Below the pieces are notes generated by a model that was not told the origin of the DNA, made no database searches, and saw only the letters and a program-made list of their open reading frames with translations. From Chiloscyllium plagiosum (lineage: Eukaryota), in contig NC_057718.1 in NCBI RefSeq assembly GCF_004010195.1, forward strand, positions 82,114,711 to 82,150,829: 36,119 nt of DNA, in the 5' to 3' direction. Positions within the stretch are counted from its first letter, which is position 1. Each line of letters starts with the position of its first letter. Made by a program: the position numbers and the translations under genes. Positions 23,279 to 34,860 of this stretch are shown here, piece after piece.

Positions 23279-23452
23279 TCATCTTCGCAATCTGAGCAGA
23301 AATGCATGTTTGCACTGCTTACTATCCAAGGGGTGGTACTTGTCATAGAAATCCAAGATGTATTCTTCAGCCTTGAACCCAAACTTCTGATACAACAGCA
23401 TAGCAGAGTTACTGGCTGAGACATGGAGAGTCACATCCTTTCCCATGCAAGT
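23279..23452 (-). CDS. KAT14: KAT14 terminal coding exon (GNAT motif B)
   Basis: cttcacag acceptor. Encodes TCMGKDVTLHVSASNSAMLLYQKFGFKAEEYILDFYDKYHPLDSKQCKHAFLLRLRR*. Confidence 0.97.
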   Translation of the reverse strand, partial: TCMGKDVTLHVSASNSAMLLYQKFGFKAEEYILDFYDKYHPLDSKQCKHAFLLRLRR

Positions 23453-24033
23453 CTGTGAAGTAGGAGAAGAACGTGAATTTGCAGGTAAACAAAAACCGCA
23501 TTCAAAAAACAACAATGATGTAGAATTGTACACTCAACCTGACTAAGAATATATTACTTGAATGTGGGGAATAAGTATTCACTTACGTGCCCTCTACAAA
23601 CTTGATAAAGGAGTTCTGGAAAAATGGTTTAATGCATCTTTCATCTACATTAGCGTAGGAAAACATGAAAATCACTGCAGGAATTCATCACCTTAATAAT
23701 TTTAAGCAAAGATGCACATGTCAAATTATTCCGAAGCACAGACTCCATTTGTCCTGCACTAAAATGCAGGGATTTTATAAGCCCAGAAACTGAGCTGTTA
23801 GTAGAATGAGCACAATGATGTGATGCCTAGACATCAAAATTGGCTACGGATAACTGTGGAATCCGAAAGAGTAATGGCAATGATGAAGGGACATGTTTTG
23901 TGGTTATAGTAATGCAAGTTTTTTTCAAATGTGTGTTATAAGTCCAAACAAAATTCAAATTTTAAACCATTCTGGCTGAACAACAGATCTTAAATTTTAC
24001 CATTATACAGTTTAACAATGCAACAAAATCAAC

Positions 24034-24224
24034 CTGAATGAGGTGGTAAATCATGAAAGTTGCAATCCCAGCTCTCCTCCATTCTGGGTGAACCAGCAGG
24101 AAAGAAATATATGCCTGATTGTACTTCACATCAGGAACCATGAAGCCAAAGCCAATAATAACTTTTTTGTAGAGGACAACAACACTGAAATCTGGGTACT
24201 GTAGGCTCTCTGACAAGTCAATGC
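24034..24224 (-). CDS. KAT14: KAT14 coding exon (GNAT domain, acetyl-CoA-binding motif A)
   Basis: acacag acceptor, CAG|gttgat donor. Encodes IDLSESLQYPDFSVVVLYKKVIIGFGFMVPDVKYNQAYISFLLVHPEWRRAGIATFMIYHLIQ. Confidence 0.97.
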
Positions 24225-26030
24225 CTGTGTGGGTTAAAAGTAAGATTATATCATTAAATGTTTACAAACTAGTTTCAAGTTATACAGAGTATAATGTGGC
24301 ATTGGCATTTTGAACAGTTATACTGCTGTCATACAACAATAATGTCTTTGATACTTCCAATATGACATTCAGATACAATAAATAAAATAAGGAAATAATA
24401 TTTGAAATATCACTTTTAGCAGATTTCATCAAAGAATTTTGCCCAAACTTTTCCTTCACTAACAAATTATACCAGAATAATCTCCATATAAGTTGTTTTT
24501 GTCTGCCTCTCATAGACTACACCAGAGCAGGTTATGAGCATCCCAAATATAAATATATATTATATATTACACACATACATATACAGAGCTCCTTTAAAGG
24601 AATACAAGATGGATTTTGTTGGCAAAGTTGAAGTAAACCTTCCACCATGAAATCTTTATATCCTTGAGAACCATATTCATCAGGACAAATTTATTCAGTT
24701 AATTTTAACACAATTATCTAATTCTATTTAAGCACTGGAATTCAGCAAACATTTTTCCCAATTAGATTGCAGAGCAGCCGTCAATAGTTAAAATTAAATC
24801 TAATTGTGTAATATTTAGTTTCAGTTTTCAATTTATCTCGCTTCACTCTCAATTTAAAAAGAAACCCTCTTTTGCTGCCAATGTGCAGGAATGTGGTGGA
24901 ACCTCTGTGCTCTCTGGTCTACACCAGTCACATCGCAGCCAGCTGCTACGTGATATATTAAAGTTATGTTTAAAATTCATAACATATCAGGAATCTAATC
25001 TTGTCAAAGGTTTAATGATTCATCCAAGCTTCGGATCATCCAGAACTCTGCTGTCTGCATCCTTATTTACCATCTAGCAGTTTTCAACTCTATGTTCATT
25101 AGATCCTAGCAACTTGATTTTAGAATTTTCATCCTCATTTTCAAGTTCCTCTCTTGCCACCCTATCCCTCTCTCTAATCTCCTCAAGCCCCATAACTCTC
25201 CAATAGAACTGTGTTTTTAACTGGTCTCTTGAGTTTTTCCAGTCGTAATTTCTCCACCATTAGTGATTATACCTTCAGCTTCAAAGACCCTACGATCTGG
25301 AATTCATTTTCTAATCTTCTCTATCTCTGACTACCTCTCTGCCTTTAACACATATCTTTGACTGACCTTCCTCTAAAACTTGTGTGCCCATCTTCCCCTC
25401 TCTGGCTGTTTAAGGCTTTGTAGTATACTTCTAGCAATGTGATTGCTCCCTTTTTGTTTTTAAGTTCTACTCAATTGAAGAACCATGTTAAGATATCATC
25501 CTCTTACTGCAATAATATATTAATTTATCAATATTGCAACACCATCTCTCTTTGCAACTCTCCCAGTCTTGCCTGAAGATTCTATACTGCCCAGAGTATT
25601 GAGCTGCCAGTCTTTGCCCCTTCCTCAACCATGTCTCTGTGATAGCAATGATATCATTTCCCTGTATTAATCAGCACCCTTAATTTATTTGCCTTACTTG
25701 CAAGGCTCTTAGCATTAAAATATATGCCATTGAGTCTTGCAGTGATTGACTATATATGCCATACCAGCCAGTGCTTGTCTGTGCATCACCCCATTATATT
25801 TGCACACCATATTCTATCCCCCTACCAAATTAGTTTAAATTCCACCAACAGCACTGACAAGCACTGTTTCCAGCATGTTAGTCCTGTTTCAAATCAGACA
25901 CAACCTGTACTAGTCCCACCTTTTCCAGAAACTAACCCAGGAATCCAAAGACCTCCACATGCTCCAAACCTTAAGCCATCTGCTCTATCCACTTTTCCTA
26001 TACACAATACCACATAGCATTGTGATTAGT

Positions 26031-26393
26031 CACTGGAGGCATGGCCCGCTTTCTATTTATGTGTTTAGGTTTCCTTGGGTTGGTGATATCATTTCCTGTT
26101 CTTTTTCTCAGGGGGTGGTAAATGGGATCCAAGTCAATGTGTTTTGTCATTGGATCCCATTTACCACCCCGAGAAAAAGGTAACAAAATGACATCACAGA
26201 AAATGACATCACCAACCCAAGGAAACCTAAACACAAAAATAGAAAGTGGACCATACTACCAGTGCTTCATCCAGAGGCTCACTGAAGATGTTACCTAGCA
26301 CGGTGACGAGACGTCTGAAAACGAACCTTCCAGCTCAGCAAGCAAACATGCATCCAGAACCTCAACCTGAGCTACAAATCTCAAAACTCGCTA
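26031..26393 (+). mobile_element. Fold-back 3' end of a second PLE family (B)
   Basis: Inverted arms 26031-26132 / 26150-26264. The arms encode a PLE-like C-terminus KHIDLDPIYHPLRKR; a hammerhead motif follows. Confidence 0.82.
26279..26318 (+). ncRNA. Minimal hammerhead motif (family B) with a core mutation
   Basis: UCA CUGAAGA U GUUACC UAGCAC GGUGAC GAGA C GUC UGA: 3-bp helix I, 6-bp helix II, GAAA changed to GAGA. Confidence 0.7.
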
Positions 26394-26489
26394 AGATAAA
26401 TAGCCTTTTACTACACTGTAACAATGACAAGATTTTCTGATTTTCAGCTATCTAATTTAGATGTGTTGTTGACAGTGAGGTAAATTTCA

Positions 26490-27180
26490 CAGCAGTGTAA
26501 AAATGTTAGGTAATAATAACGGGAGATTTTAACTTCTCCAATAACTGGAGTGGACAAAGTATAAAATGCTTAAGAGGGGGCAGAGTTCTCTAAATGTGCC
26601 CAGGGGCCTTTTTAAGCCAACAAACAAAGTCCTACAGGACAGGGGGCAGTGCTTGATTAATTTTAGGAACAAACCAGGCAAGTGGTACAAGTATCAGAGT
26701 GGCAGGATTTCAGTGATAATGTCCATAGCTCAGTAAAATTTAAGGTAATCGTGGAAAAGGACAAAGGTGGAACTGGAAATAAAAGGTTCTGAATTGGGAA
26801 AAGGCCAATTTTAATAAGATAAGATAGGACTAAGCCAAAGTGGACTGGGAAAATCTGCACCACAGCAGTGAAGTCTTTCAAAACGAAAAAAGATTGCAGG
26901 GCCAACTCCTTCACAAAGATGAAAAACAGGACAGGTCCAAAGAATCATGTCTGTTGATCATTGTAAAGAATGGATAGGAAAGTAAAGGGGAGCTTATGGT
27001 AACTACCAAGGACTCAAAACACCAGAAGCCCAAGAAGTGTATGGAAGGGTTGCTTGAAAAAGAAATTAGGAAAGTAAAGAGTGAACATGGAAGACAAAAT
27101 GGCAGATAAAATAAAGGAAAATCGAAAAGAATTTTATAAGTTTATTAGGAGCAAGAGGATAACCAGGGAAAAGCAAGTTG
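26490..27180 (+). mobile_element. Old CR1 ORF2 endonuclease/linker fragment
   Basis: GGAGATTTTAAC (GDFN) and a decayed KENRK.FYKFIRSKRITRE linker. Confidence 0.65.
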
Positions 27181-27431
27181 AGATCAACTCAATTTTCCTG
27201 TGTTATTGTCATCTCCCTTAATTTCATCAGTGCCCAAAAATCTATCGATTCTACTCTTGAATGTAATCAAATGAGCATCCATAACACCTTGGGATAGAAT
27301 TCCCAAAGATCCACAACATTGCAAAGAATGAAAGCACTTAATGACTGACCGGATTCCTAGTTCCATTCTCTGCAGGCAGCAGAATTAATCTCTTAGCATC
27401 TACCTGTCAATTTCAATGAAGTCACCTCTCA

Positions 27432-28645
27432 CTGCACAATGTTCAACACTATTTTCGACTCCTGTGATACCGAAGCAGTCCACAGCCATATGCAGCTAGA
27501 CCTGGACAACATCCAAGCTTGGGCTGTAAAGTAGCAAGTAACGTGTGCACCATACAAGTATCAAGCAACAATCATCTTAAACAAGAGCATCTAACTGTAT
27601 CCACTTAATATTCAACAGCATAGCATCACTGCATGTCACAATATCACCATCCTAGGGCTTACTATCGATAAGAAGCTGGACTAGACCACTTACATGAATA
27701 CCTCACTGAGAGCAGGTCAAAGGCTAAGAATTTAACTCACCACCTGTCTCTCCAGGGCACAAGTAAAGAATGTGATGGAACACTATTGCCTAAGTTGCTG
27801 CTCCAACAATACACAAGAAGCACAACACCAGCCAGAACAAAGCAGCCTATTTCATTAGCACCCATTTAATCACTTTCAAAATTCTCTCCCTTCACCACCA
27901 ACACACAGTGGCAGGGTATCATCTACAGGACTTACATGTTATCTCCAATCATCCTGGCTCTTCAATCACACCTACCACCTAGTAAGGATAATGACAGCAG
28001 ATGCAGAGGAACACCACCAGAACAAGTTCCTTTCCAAACTATACATCATCCTCACTTGGAACAATGTTGCTCTTCCATCACTGTTGTTGGGTCAAAATCC
28101 TGGAACTCCCTTCCTAACAACATTTTGGTGTTTCTAAGCCCAAAGACTGCAGTGGTTCTTCTCAAGGGCAATTATGATGGCCTCGTCCAGGGGTGGGGAA
28201 CCTGCGGCGGCCTTCTAGGCCATTGTCTTTGGCCTTTTGAATGAATCCAAATTTTGCAGAACAAATCTTTTATTTTTTATTAATATTTATATTCTCCTAC
28301 TGAACCAAAATCAAGATGCCCTTAAGGTCAAAAATGACGGATATCCATCTAGAGAATCAGCTAAAACTGCAGACCTCCATGCTGCAACCAAATATTCAAA
28401 TGCTTTCCTACCAAAAGCAGTCACAACAAAGTCATTAAAAGGTTAGTTAACTTTAGAATTAACATTTTTTTTAGTTAGTTAGTACATAGTAGTTAGATTT
28501 TTACAAAATAATGTGAATTTTGAAGAATATATAATTGAAGTTTCTTGGATGCGACCTTATTAGATTACAACTAACATAATGCAGTCTTCCAACATGAAAA
28601 GGTTCCCCACCTCTGACCTAGTCAGCAATGCCCACCTCCCATCAA
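27432..28645 (+). mobile_element. CR1-group LINE (second family) 3' portion
   Basis: MQLDLDNIQAWAVK*QV..ILGLTIDKKLD RT C-terminal remnant; the 3' end is split by a hAT MITE. Confidence 0.7.
28188..28615. mobile_element. hAT (Charlie-like) MITE
   Basis: TIRs CAGGGGTGGGGAACCT / AGGTTCCCCACCTCTG (15/16). 8-bp TSD GCCTCGTC / ACCTAGTC (6/8). Confidence 0.88.
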
Positions 28646-28737
28646 CCAAAGTTGTTCTTATATAGTACATTCAATCTCACGTCATAGAAAAATGCCCTTA
28701 ACGTAGTAATCAATTGAGTGTATCGTTGTGACAAGTA

Positions 28738-29245
28738 CAGGTAGTTCTGAGGTGACGTGCATTTCAGAAGCGCGATTTGGCTATACCGTCACTAACAAAT
28801 GAGGGAACGGTATTTTGGAGAATGCTTACCTCCGTTGGCAATAGTGCAATTCCAGCGGGGATCAGCGTGCGTGCGCTTCATTCTGCGCATGCGCCATTGT
28901 GCCCACCAAAATCTCTGCACATGCACCAACGTTCTTGCTATTCTGCACATGTGCCAGTGTCTGTACATGTGCCAATGTCAGCTGCCAAGGTACTGTGGAG
29001 AGCAGCTTTCTTACATTTTTAAATGTACTATGTTACATTTACTTTTGTTTTGTTAATAAATATGATTTCAACCTTCATTCAGGCTGTGCTATACTTTGTG
29101 TTAGACCTTTTGGTGATTTTTGAGCGATCATGAATGACATTCTCTGCTGGTCTGTCCCTAACCCCACTTTTCCCATAGGTTTCATTATTTCTATGAAGTC
29201 AGGTTTCGCTGGGATGTGACTATGGCGTTATAGCAGAACTCTTTG
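28738..29245. mobile_element. Tc1/mariner-pogo (Tigger-like) non-autonomous element
   Basis: TA|CAGGTAGTTCTG ... CGTTATAGCAGAACTCTTTG|TA: TA target duplication, CpG-richer interior. Confidence 0.72.
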
Positions 29246-29643
29246 TATATCCCTCTTAGTTACTAAGAACACCAATACTTAATAGTAACTCAGGTAGGAT
29301 CTCACCTATCAAATTCAAGTAAGACTGCCTTACTTTCACCTTGTGATTTGTGTGTAATGCCACCCACCCATTGAAACCCACATATAGATATTAGTCCGTT
29401 TAAATGATATCATTGTTTTCTATTCTTCCTACCTTAAGTGGATAATCTCACATTTTCTTACATTATATTCCATCTGCCTCCTCATTTTGCCCACTCGTTT
29501 AAGTCTCTCCATATTCTTTTGCATCCTCCTCACCATTTTAAACATCAATGATGTTCCATTTAATAGTACTCATCTTTGCGTCAAGTCCACAGCAGAGTGA
29601 AATTGGATGATATTTCACTGTATAAAGAAAGGATTTAAAATAC

Positions 29644-29819
29644 CTGGCCAAAAGAATTCATGGCACATCGAGTTTATTGTTGGAATAAAATTAGGGCAGA
29701 CGTAGCAGTAATCAACAGGGGCATCAGCTTCTGCTTTCCAAGTAGGATCATTCCGGTTTGGATAGGCCCGGATTTCGGCCAGTAGTTGTAGTTTAAGTGG
29801 ATTGCATTCAAAGTCACGC
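29644..29819 (-). CDS. KAT14: KAT14 coding exon
   Basis: cattag acceptor, CAG|gtattt donor. Encodes RDFECNPLKLQLLAEIRAYPNRNDPTWKAEADAPVDYCYVCPNFIPTINSMCHEFFWP(G). Confidence 0.95.
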
Positions 29820-29944
29820 CTAATGATTCAAAACAAAAAGGATACTCACTTTGTGAAGTAGCAACTATAGCAATTGTCCCTCTGAAAGTTTCAACACACA
29901 AAACCATGAGAAATCTAACTGCACTTTCTAGGAAAAATCTATAC

Positions 29945-30081
29945 CTGATATATGGTTTGAGGACTCGCGAAGTGTAGGGGCTGATTATGCTTTGGTTCAT
30001 TAACATGTCTCCTGATCCAATCAGTCGGTGTATAAACTTTGTCTTTTGATGTTGATATCCTTTCATGTGTGAGAAAGACAT
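29945..30081 (-). CDS. KAT14: KAT14 coding exon
   Basis: tctttgcag acceptor, AG|gtatag donor. Encodes MSFSHMKGYQHQKTKFIHRLIGSGDMLMNQSIISPYTSRVLKPYI(R). Confidence 0.95.
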
Positions 30082-31471
30082 CTGCAAAGAATCAGCAATA
30101 AAAAAAATCAAAAACACTCCTGCCAAACACTAGACCCTGAGTGCTTGTCAGCTGAAGCAGCGAGTTAGTGATCTGGAAGGTTTCTGGTCTAATGATGTTA
30201 GCCAACCTCAGATAGATTGGTACTTCCCAGCTTCGTCAGTGCACTTGGAAGGTGGGCAAGGTGGTCAACCACAGTTCTTTACCTAGATTTCCCATTGGAA
30301 ATCCATGCATACTTATCAAATGAGAACAAATGCAATATCTGCTGAAATGACTCAATGACCAAGCTCACAGATAAAGTCACTTGGAAGTGCAAGTAGAGGT
30401 CAATCGGTATCCCAAAAATAAGTATCCCAGCCAGAGGTCAACATTTTCTGGGTTGGGGTTGGGGTAGATATCTTTGGGAGGTGAGATCTTATAAACAACC
30501 TTCAGTCATTTGATCAGCCACAAACTCATTGAAAGATGGTGGAAGATCCAAGTGCACGACAAAGGAAGAACAACAACAATGCTTAGTTAAAAAAACAACT
30601 TTGGCAAATCATTTCCATGAACTCCATCCTGTTGTAATACCAATACAAAACAAACATCAGTCTGTGCATTTATGTTAAAAAAAAGGACTGTATTCAATAT
30701 AAATAAGATCACCACAAATATAAAACCAAACTTATTCAAATAAATCATCTCTTGTAGAAAACAAATAAACAACACAAAGTATGAAAGAGTGGTAGTGTCC
30801 AGTATTGTGACTGAGATGGGCTGTCCTTAAAAGAAACATCCAACTCGGCCAACTCTCCATTCTTTCCCAGAACTTTGCTTTATTATCAGGATTTGTCTGT
30901 TAACACCAATGCACAAATGATTCATGATTGTGCATGCTGTTGAGCTGATTCTTCAAAATTAAAATTTAATGTAGAACTTAAAATATTTTATTACAAGTGT
31001 ATCTTAATTGGTTTTTGTAAATACTTGTTACTATGAGAGATGTCTGCTAATATGCACGCTTCTTGGTGTCAGCAACCTCAGCCTTATTACTAATTCACAA
31101 ATTTAAATGATTACCTCAGACATGCTAATCCTGTAATCTCTGAACCTTGGCAATTTACTCCTCGAAACGGATGCAACTCTGCCTCCTTTTCTGTCATTTA
31201 ATATTTCATTGTTTGAATTATTTAAGTCATGAAGTGCCACTTTTAAAAATGAGTTCTCATTAGCTAATAAACCCTAAAATTGATTTGTGTCACCAACCTG
31301 TTATCAATTTAATGATACATGGGCTTAATCTTTGTGTGTTCTCTATGATAGCATAGCAATGTGACTGATGAGTGCATAAATGCAAACACAGTCTGATACA
31401 ATCACCTTATATCAAAATTGCTGCAGAAATCAAGACTACATACAGAAGCAACACAATGCAATTTCTTTAAA

Positions 31472-31640
31472 AGCAAAATACTGTTTGAAATCTGAAGTAA
31501 TTACAAAGAATAAAGAATGCTGGAGAAGCTCAGCATGTCTGGCACCATCTGTGGAAATAGAAACACAGAAATGTTTTGAATCTTCTGAAGACGTTCTGAT
31601 GCTGCCAGACCTGCTGAGTTTCTCCGGCATTCTTTCTGCT
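31472..31640. mobile_element. Older fold-back pseudo-LTR-like element (family C)
   Basis: 38-bp inverted arms 31512-31549 / 31598-31635 (4 mismatches). GATGCTGCCAGACCTGCTG resembles family A GATGCTGCCTGACCTGCTG; CTGAAGA remnant in the spacer. Confidence 0.7.
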
Positions 31641-31890
31641 TATTTGAGTGCAATTTTTTTCTTGCTACCATAGCCCATCAGCCGAATCATTTGAATTAAC
31701 TGGAAGAGAAAAAAATTGAAAGAATAAAATTAATCTGTAAATAGGTTTCTTAAGTATTTGTTCCCTCAGGTCATAAGAAACTCATACAGCTCATACTAAT
31801 AAACAAGTCATGCTTTATTACACAATCTCAAAACCTGATGATACTGAAAGGAAAAGCATATTCGCCTGTTTTGCTACTATCCTCACTCAC

Positions 31891-32456
31891 CTGGTACCGG
31901 TCCAAAATCCGGAAGTCTTGACTAGTGGTCCGAAAGGTCCCAACATCCATTGGTATCTGGGCATGGTCACTTTCCTTTGCTCCATACTGCCCACCAACCA
32001 ATGACACTGCAGCTTCAACAGCTTGATCCAGGTCAAAGAGGGGCAAACCACGTTCCTTTTTGGCCTGTCTCACGAGCAGTTTGCGGCGCAGTCGCTTGGC
32101 CTCTAAACTTAAGGCTACTGCATGGGGACAAGCTTCTAGCCTTCGGAGTAGAAGTCTCTCATCATACATACTGAGGGCAATACACTTGGGAGCAGGCACC
32201 TCTACAACTTTCTCCGTCTGGATTTTTTTTCTGTCTCGAACGCTAAATTGAGACAGTTCAATGGCATCCTCGGGTTCTTCAATATCAGCTTCCATTTTCT
32301 CAGCTCTCTCCTCATCCTCCTCCACATCACACTTGATTTGTTCATCTGCCTTTACTTTCTTCCTGCTTATGATCATGGTGCCAGTGGTCACATTGGGAGG
32401 TGGCACATATTCTATTCCAGGATCAATAACACCATCCACATCACCCTCTTCATCAT
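31891..32456 (-). CDS. KAT14: KAT14 (CSRP2BP) large internal coding exon
   Basis: ttccttccctgtag acceptor and CAG|gtgagt donor on the minus strand. Encodes DDEEGDVDGVIDPGIEYVPPP...RLRRKLLVRQAKKERGLPLFDLDQ...QDFRILDRYQ, matching recalled KAT14. Confidence 0.96.
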
Positions 32457-32898
32457 CTACAGGGAAGGAAATGTAAAATACTCACTTCCAATATCTATTC
32501 AGTCTTTTTTTCTGGATCGCACTGTACATTACACAATGACAATTTTTAACTTGACATATTGTTGAAAACAAAATAAGAAGAACTATACCAATTTGAATGC
32601 CAGTTAGGGGTTGAAAATCCAATTACGAATGGCATGAGGAAGAGTTTTAGAGCGAGAAAGTCTACCTGTATTCACAGCTTCCAACTTGGTTTTCCTGTTT
32701 CCCATGGACTCCTGCTCCCTTGCCAATACCATCTCTGGCAACTACCCTTAATATCCACAAACTCTTTCAAACACCACTTTTTTTTGTGCCACTCCTAGGA
32801 AAGACCTCTTCCTCATGCCATGCATAACTGGTTTTTCAAACTCCCAACTGCCTATCAATTGATACTTCTCACTGCCATAAAAAAAAACAAAAGAACAG

Positions 32899-32998
32899 CT
32901 CTAAAGAATGGTCACTGGACCCAAAATATTAACTCTGCTTTCTCTCTACAGATGTTGCCAGACCTGCTGAGTTTGTCCAGCAATTTTTGGTTTTGCTT
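32899..32998 (+). mobile_element. Family C pseudo-LTR remnant with a degenerate hammerhead
   Basis: CTAAAGA A TGGTC ACTG GACCC AAAA TATT AACT followed by CAGATGTTGCCAGACCTGCTGAGTTT. Confidence 0.6.
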
Positions 32999-34435
32999 CT
33001 AACTACCATAATACCCAAGTAGCAATAGATTGACTCATCCCTCAGATGCTCCTTTGACACTTTTGTCCACATCAAAATCTTCACACTCTCATCCTAGTCA
33101 CTGGTGCAAGTTTGGACAAAGGAGGCAGCTATACAGCCAATGTTTACAGACCAAACATTGCATCCACAATGCCAAGCCTAAATGTGCACAGGATACTTAC
33201 CAAATCAATCCTAAACAGTTTCTATTTAAAGGCAGTTCTACACATTTCGAAGAATTTGTTGCTGTCTTTTAGCCTATGTCTTTGGATGGATGAAAATATC
33301 ATCAGCAATGGCCCAACATGTGTAAAAAGACTGTTGCTATGTGACTGAACACATGCACACAACTGGCTGTACTTGTATTGGAAGTGGAATCCTTACAGAC
33401 ATTCCAGGTTAACACCAAATCTGGGTGCTTAGTACAAAGTGGGATTTTATTGGAAAATTCTGGCTGACAGTTACTAGGTAGTCATATGCTACAGAAGTAT
33501 TTCTCCCATATAAACAAAAATCATGAGGATAAGTGTTTTGGGATCAAATCTGTGGCCAATCTTTGCCACACGCAGAAGGAGAACATTCTTATAAAAAGTT
33601 ACTCTCTTTATTAATAAAAGTGCTGTAAACCCTATGTGAAAGCACATTGCTAGGTCAACAGATTTACTAATTAGACCTGTAGTCGCTGACCAACAATGGA
33701 TGATTCCTCAGAAATACTTAAATTTTGAAAGTCTCCTCTTAGTTTTCAAATTCCTTCCAAAGACTTGACTTTCCCTGTCATACAACACTCTGATATCTGT
33801 GGTCCCGCAATTTCATCCTATTCTGCAGCTCCAATTTTAATCACACCTTGAACACTATGCCTTCTGCCAGCCCTAAGCTCTAGAATGACCTTGATAAAAA
33901 TGGTCTCTCTACCCTTCTCTCTCCTACTTCAAGTTAAAATTTACTTCTTTGACCAAGGTTAAGGTAGGTTGTGAAAGCAACTCCTTCTGCAGCTTCACTG
34001 TTAGTTTTGAGAGTTAACTTGGGGTAACTTGAAGCCTTTATTATATTTATGCAAATGTAAAATGTGGTAAAATTGTACTTAAATATTAATTTAATACACC
34101 AGGTCTTACGTTTTAAAGGGTTCATTATGTTCTAAAGATTCAGACATTTACTCTGGTAGATTCCCAAGAATAAACACCTCAGCAGGAATACGAAGGAGTT
34201 TCTATGTGTTTTGTCAAACAATGAGCTGCTGCTCAACTTGTTTTGTCTTATTTTGCAACAACAGCTATCTGCTTTGGAGGGACTGTTAGCAGACTCTTGT
34301 CACCTGCTAATGTCACAACAGATGATGCATTCTCAGCTTGCAAGAGGCTAAACCAACAACCTTTCTGCCAGGGAGGGTGGAGAGAGAGAGAGAGAGAGAC
34401 AAAAAAAAGAGAGCGCGCACAAGAGAGTCACCTCC

Positions 34436-34860
34436 AGCCCTTGATGTTGCGCCAACCTGTGAAACCAATCTGAAGCTGATCTAACCTACACTATTGCATT
34501 ATCAACCATATACTTATCCAATGACCATTTAAATGCCCTTAAAGTTGGCAAGTCTACTACTATTGCAGCAGGACATTCCACACCCTTACTACTTTGGGTA
34601 AAGAACCTACCTCTAACATCTGTCCCATATCGATCACTCCTCAATTTAAAGCTATGTCCCCTCAATGTAGCCATCACCAGAGAAAAAAAGGCTCTCCATG
34701 TCCACCCTATCTAATCCTCTGATCATCTTATACGCCTATATTAAGTCACCTCTCAACCTCCTTCTTCGCTCTAATGAAAACAGCCTCAAATCACTCTGCC
34801 TTTCCTCATAAGCCCTTTCCTCCATACCAGACAACATCCTCTGCACCCTTTCCAATGCTT
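34436..34860 (-). mobile_element. CR1 LINE 3' fragment (same subfamily as 1666-4470)
   Basis: ORF 34486..34677 (RGHSFKLR...FFTQ...FKWSLDKYM); the 3' UTR is the reverse complement of ~4340-4465. Confidence 0.9.

Noticed and set aside
28777..29123. Three overlapping ORFs, Cys/His-rich
   Set aside because: Low-complexity TGCAC/ATGTGC repeats inside a TA-flanked non-autonomous transposon.
29674..30126. 150-aa ORF as one KAT14 exon
   Set aside because: It reads through a 125-nt GT-AG intron (29820-29944) and then leaves the KAT14 frame.
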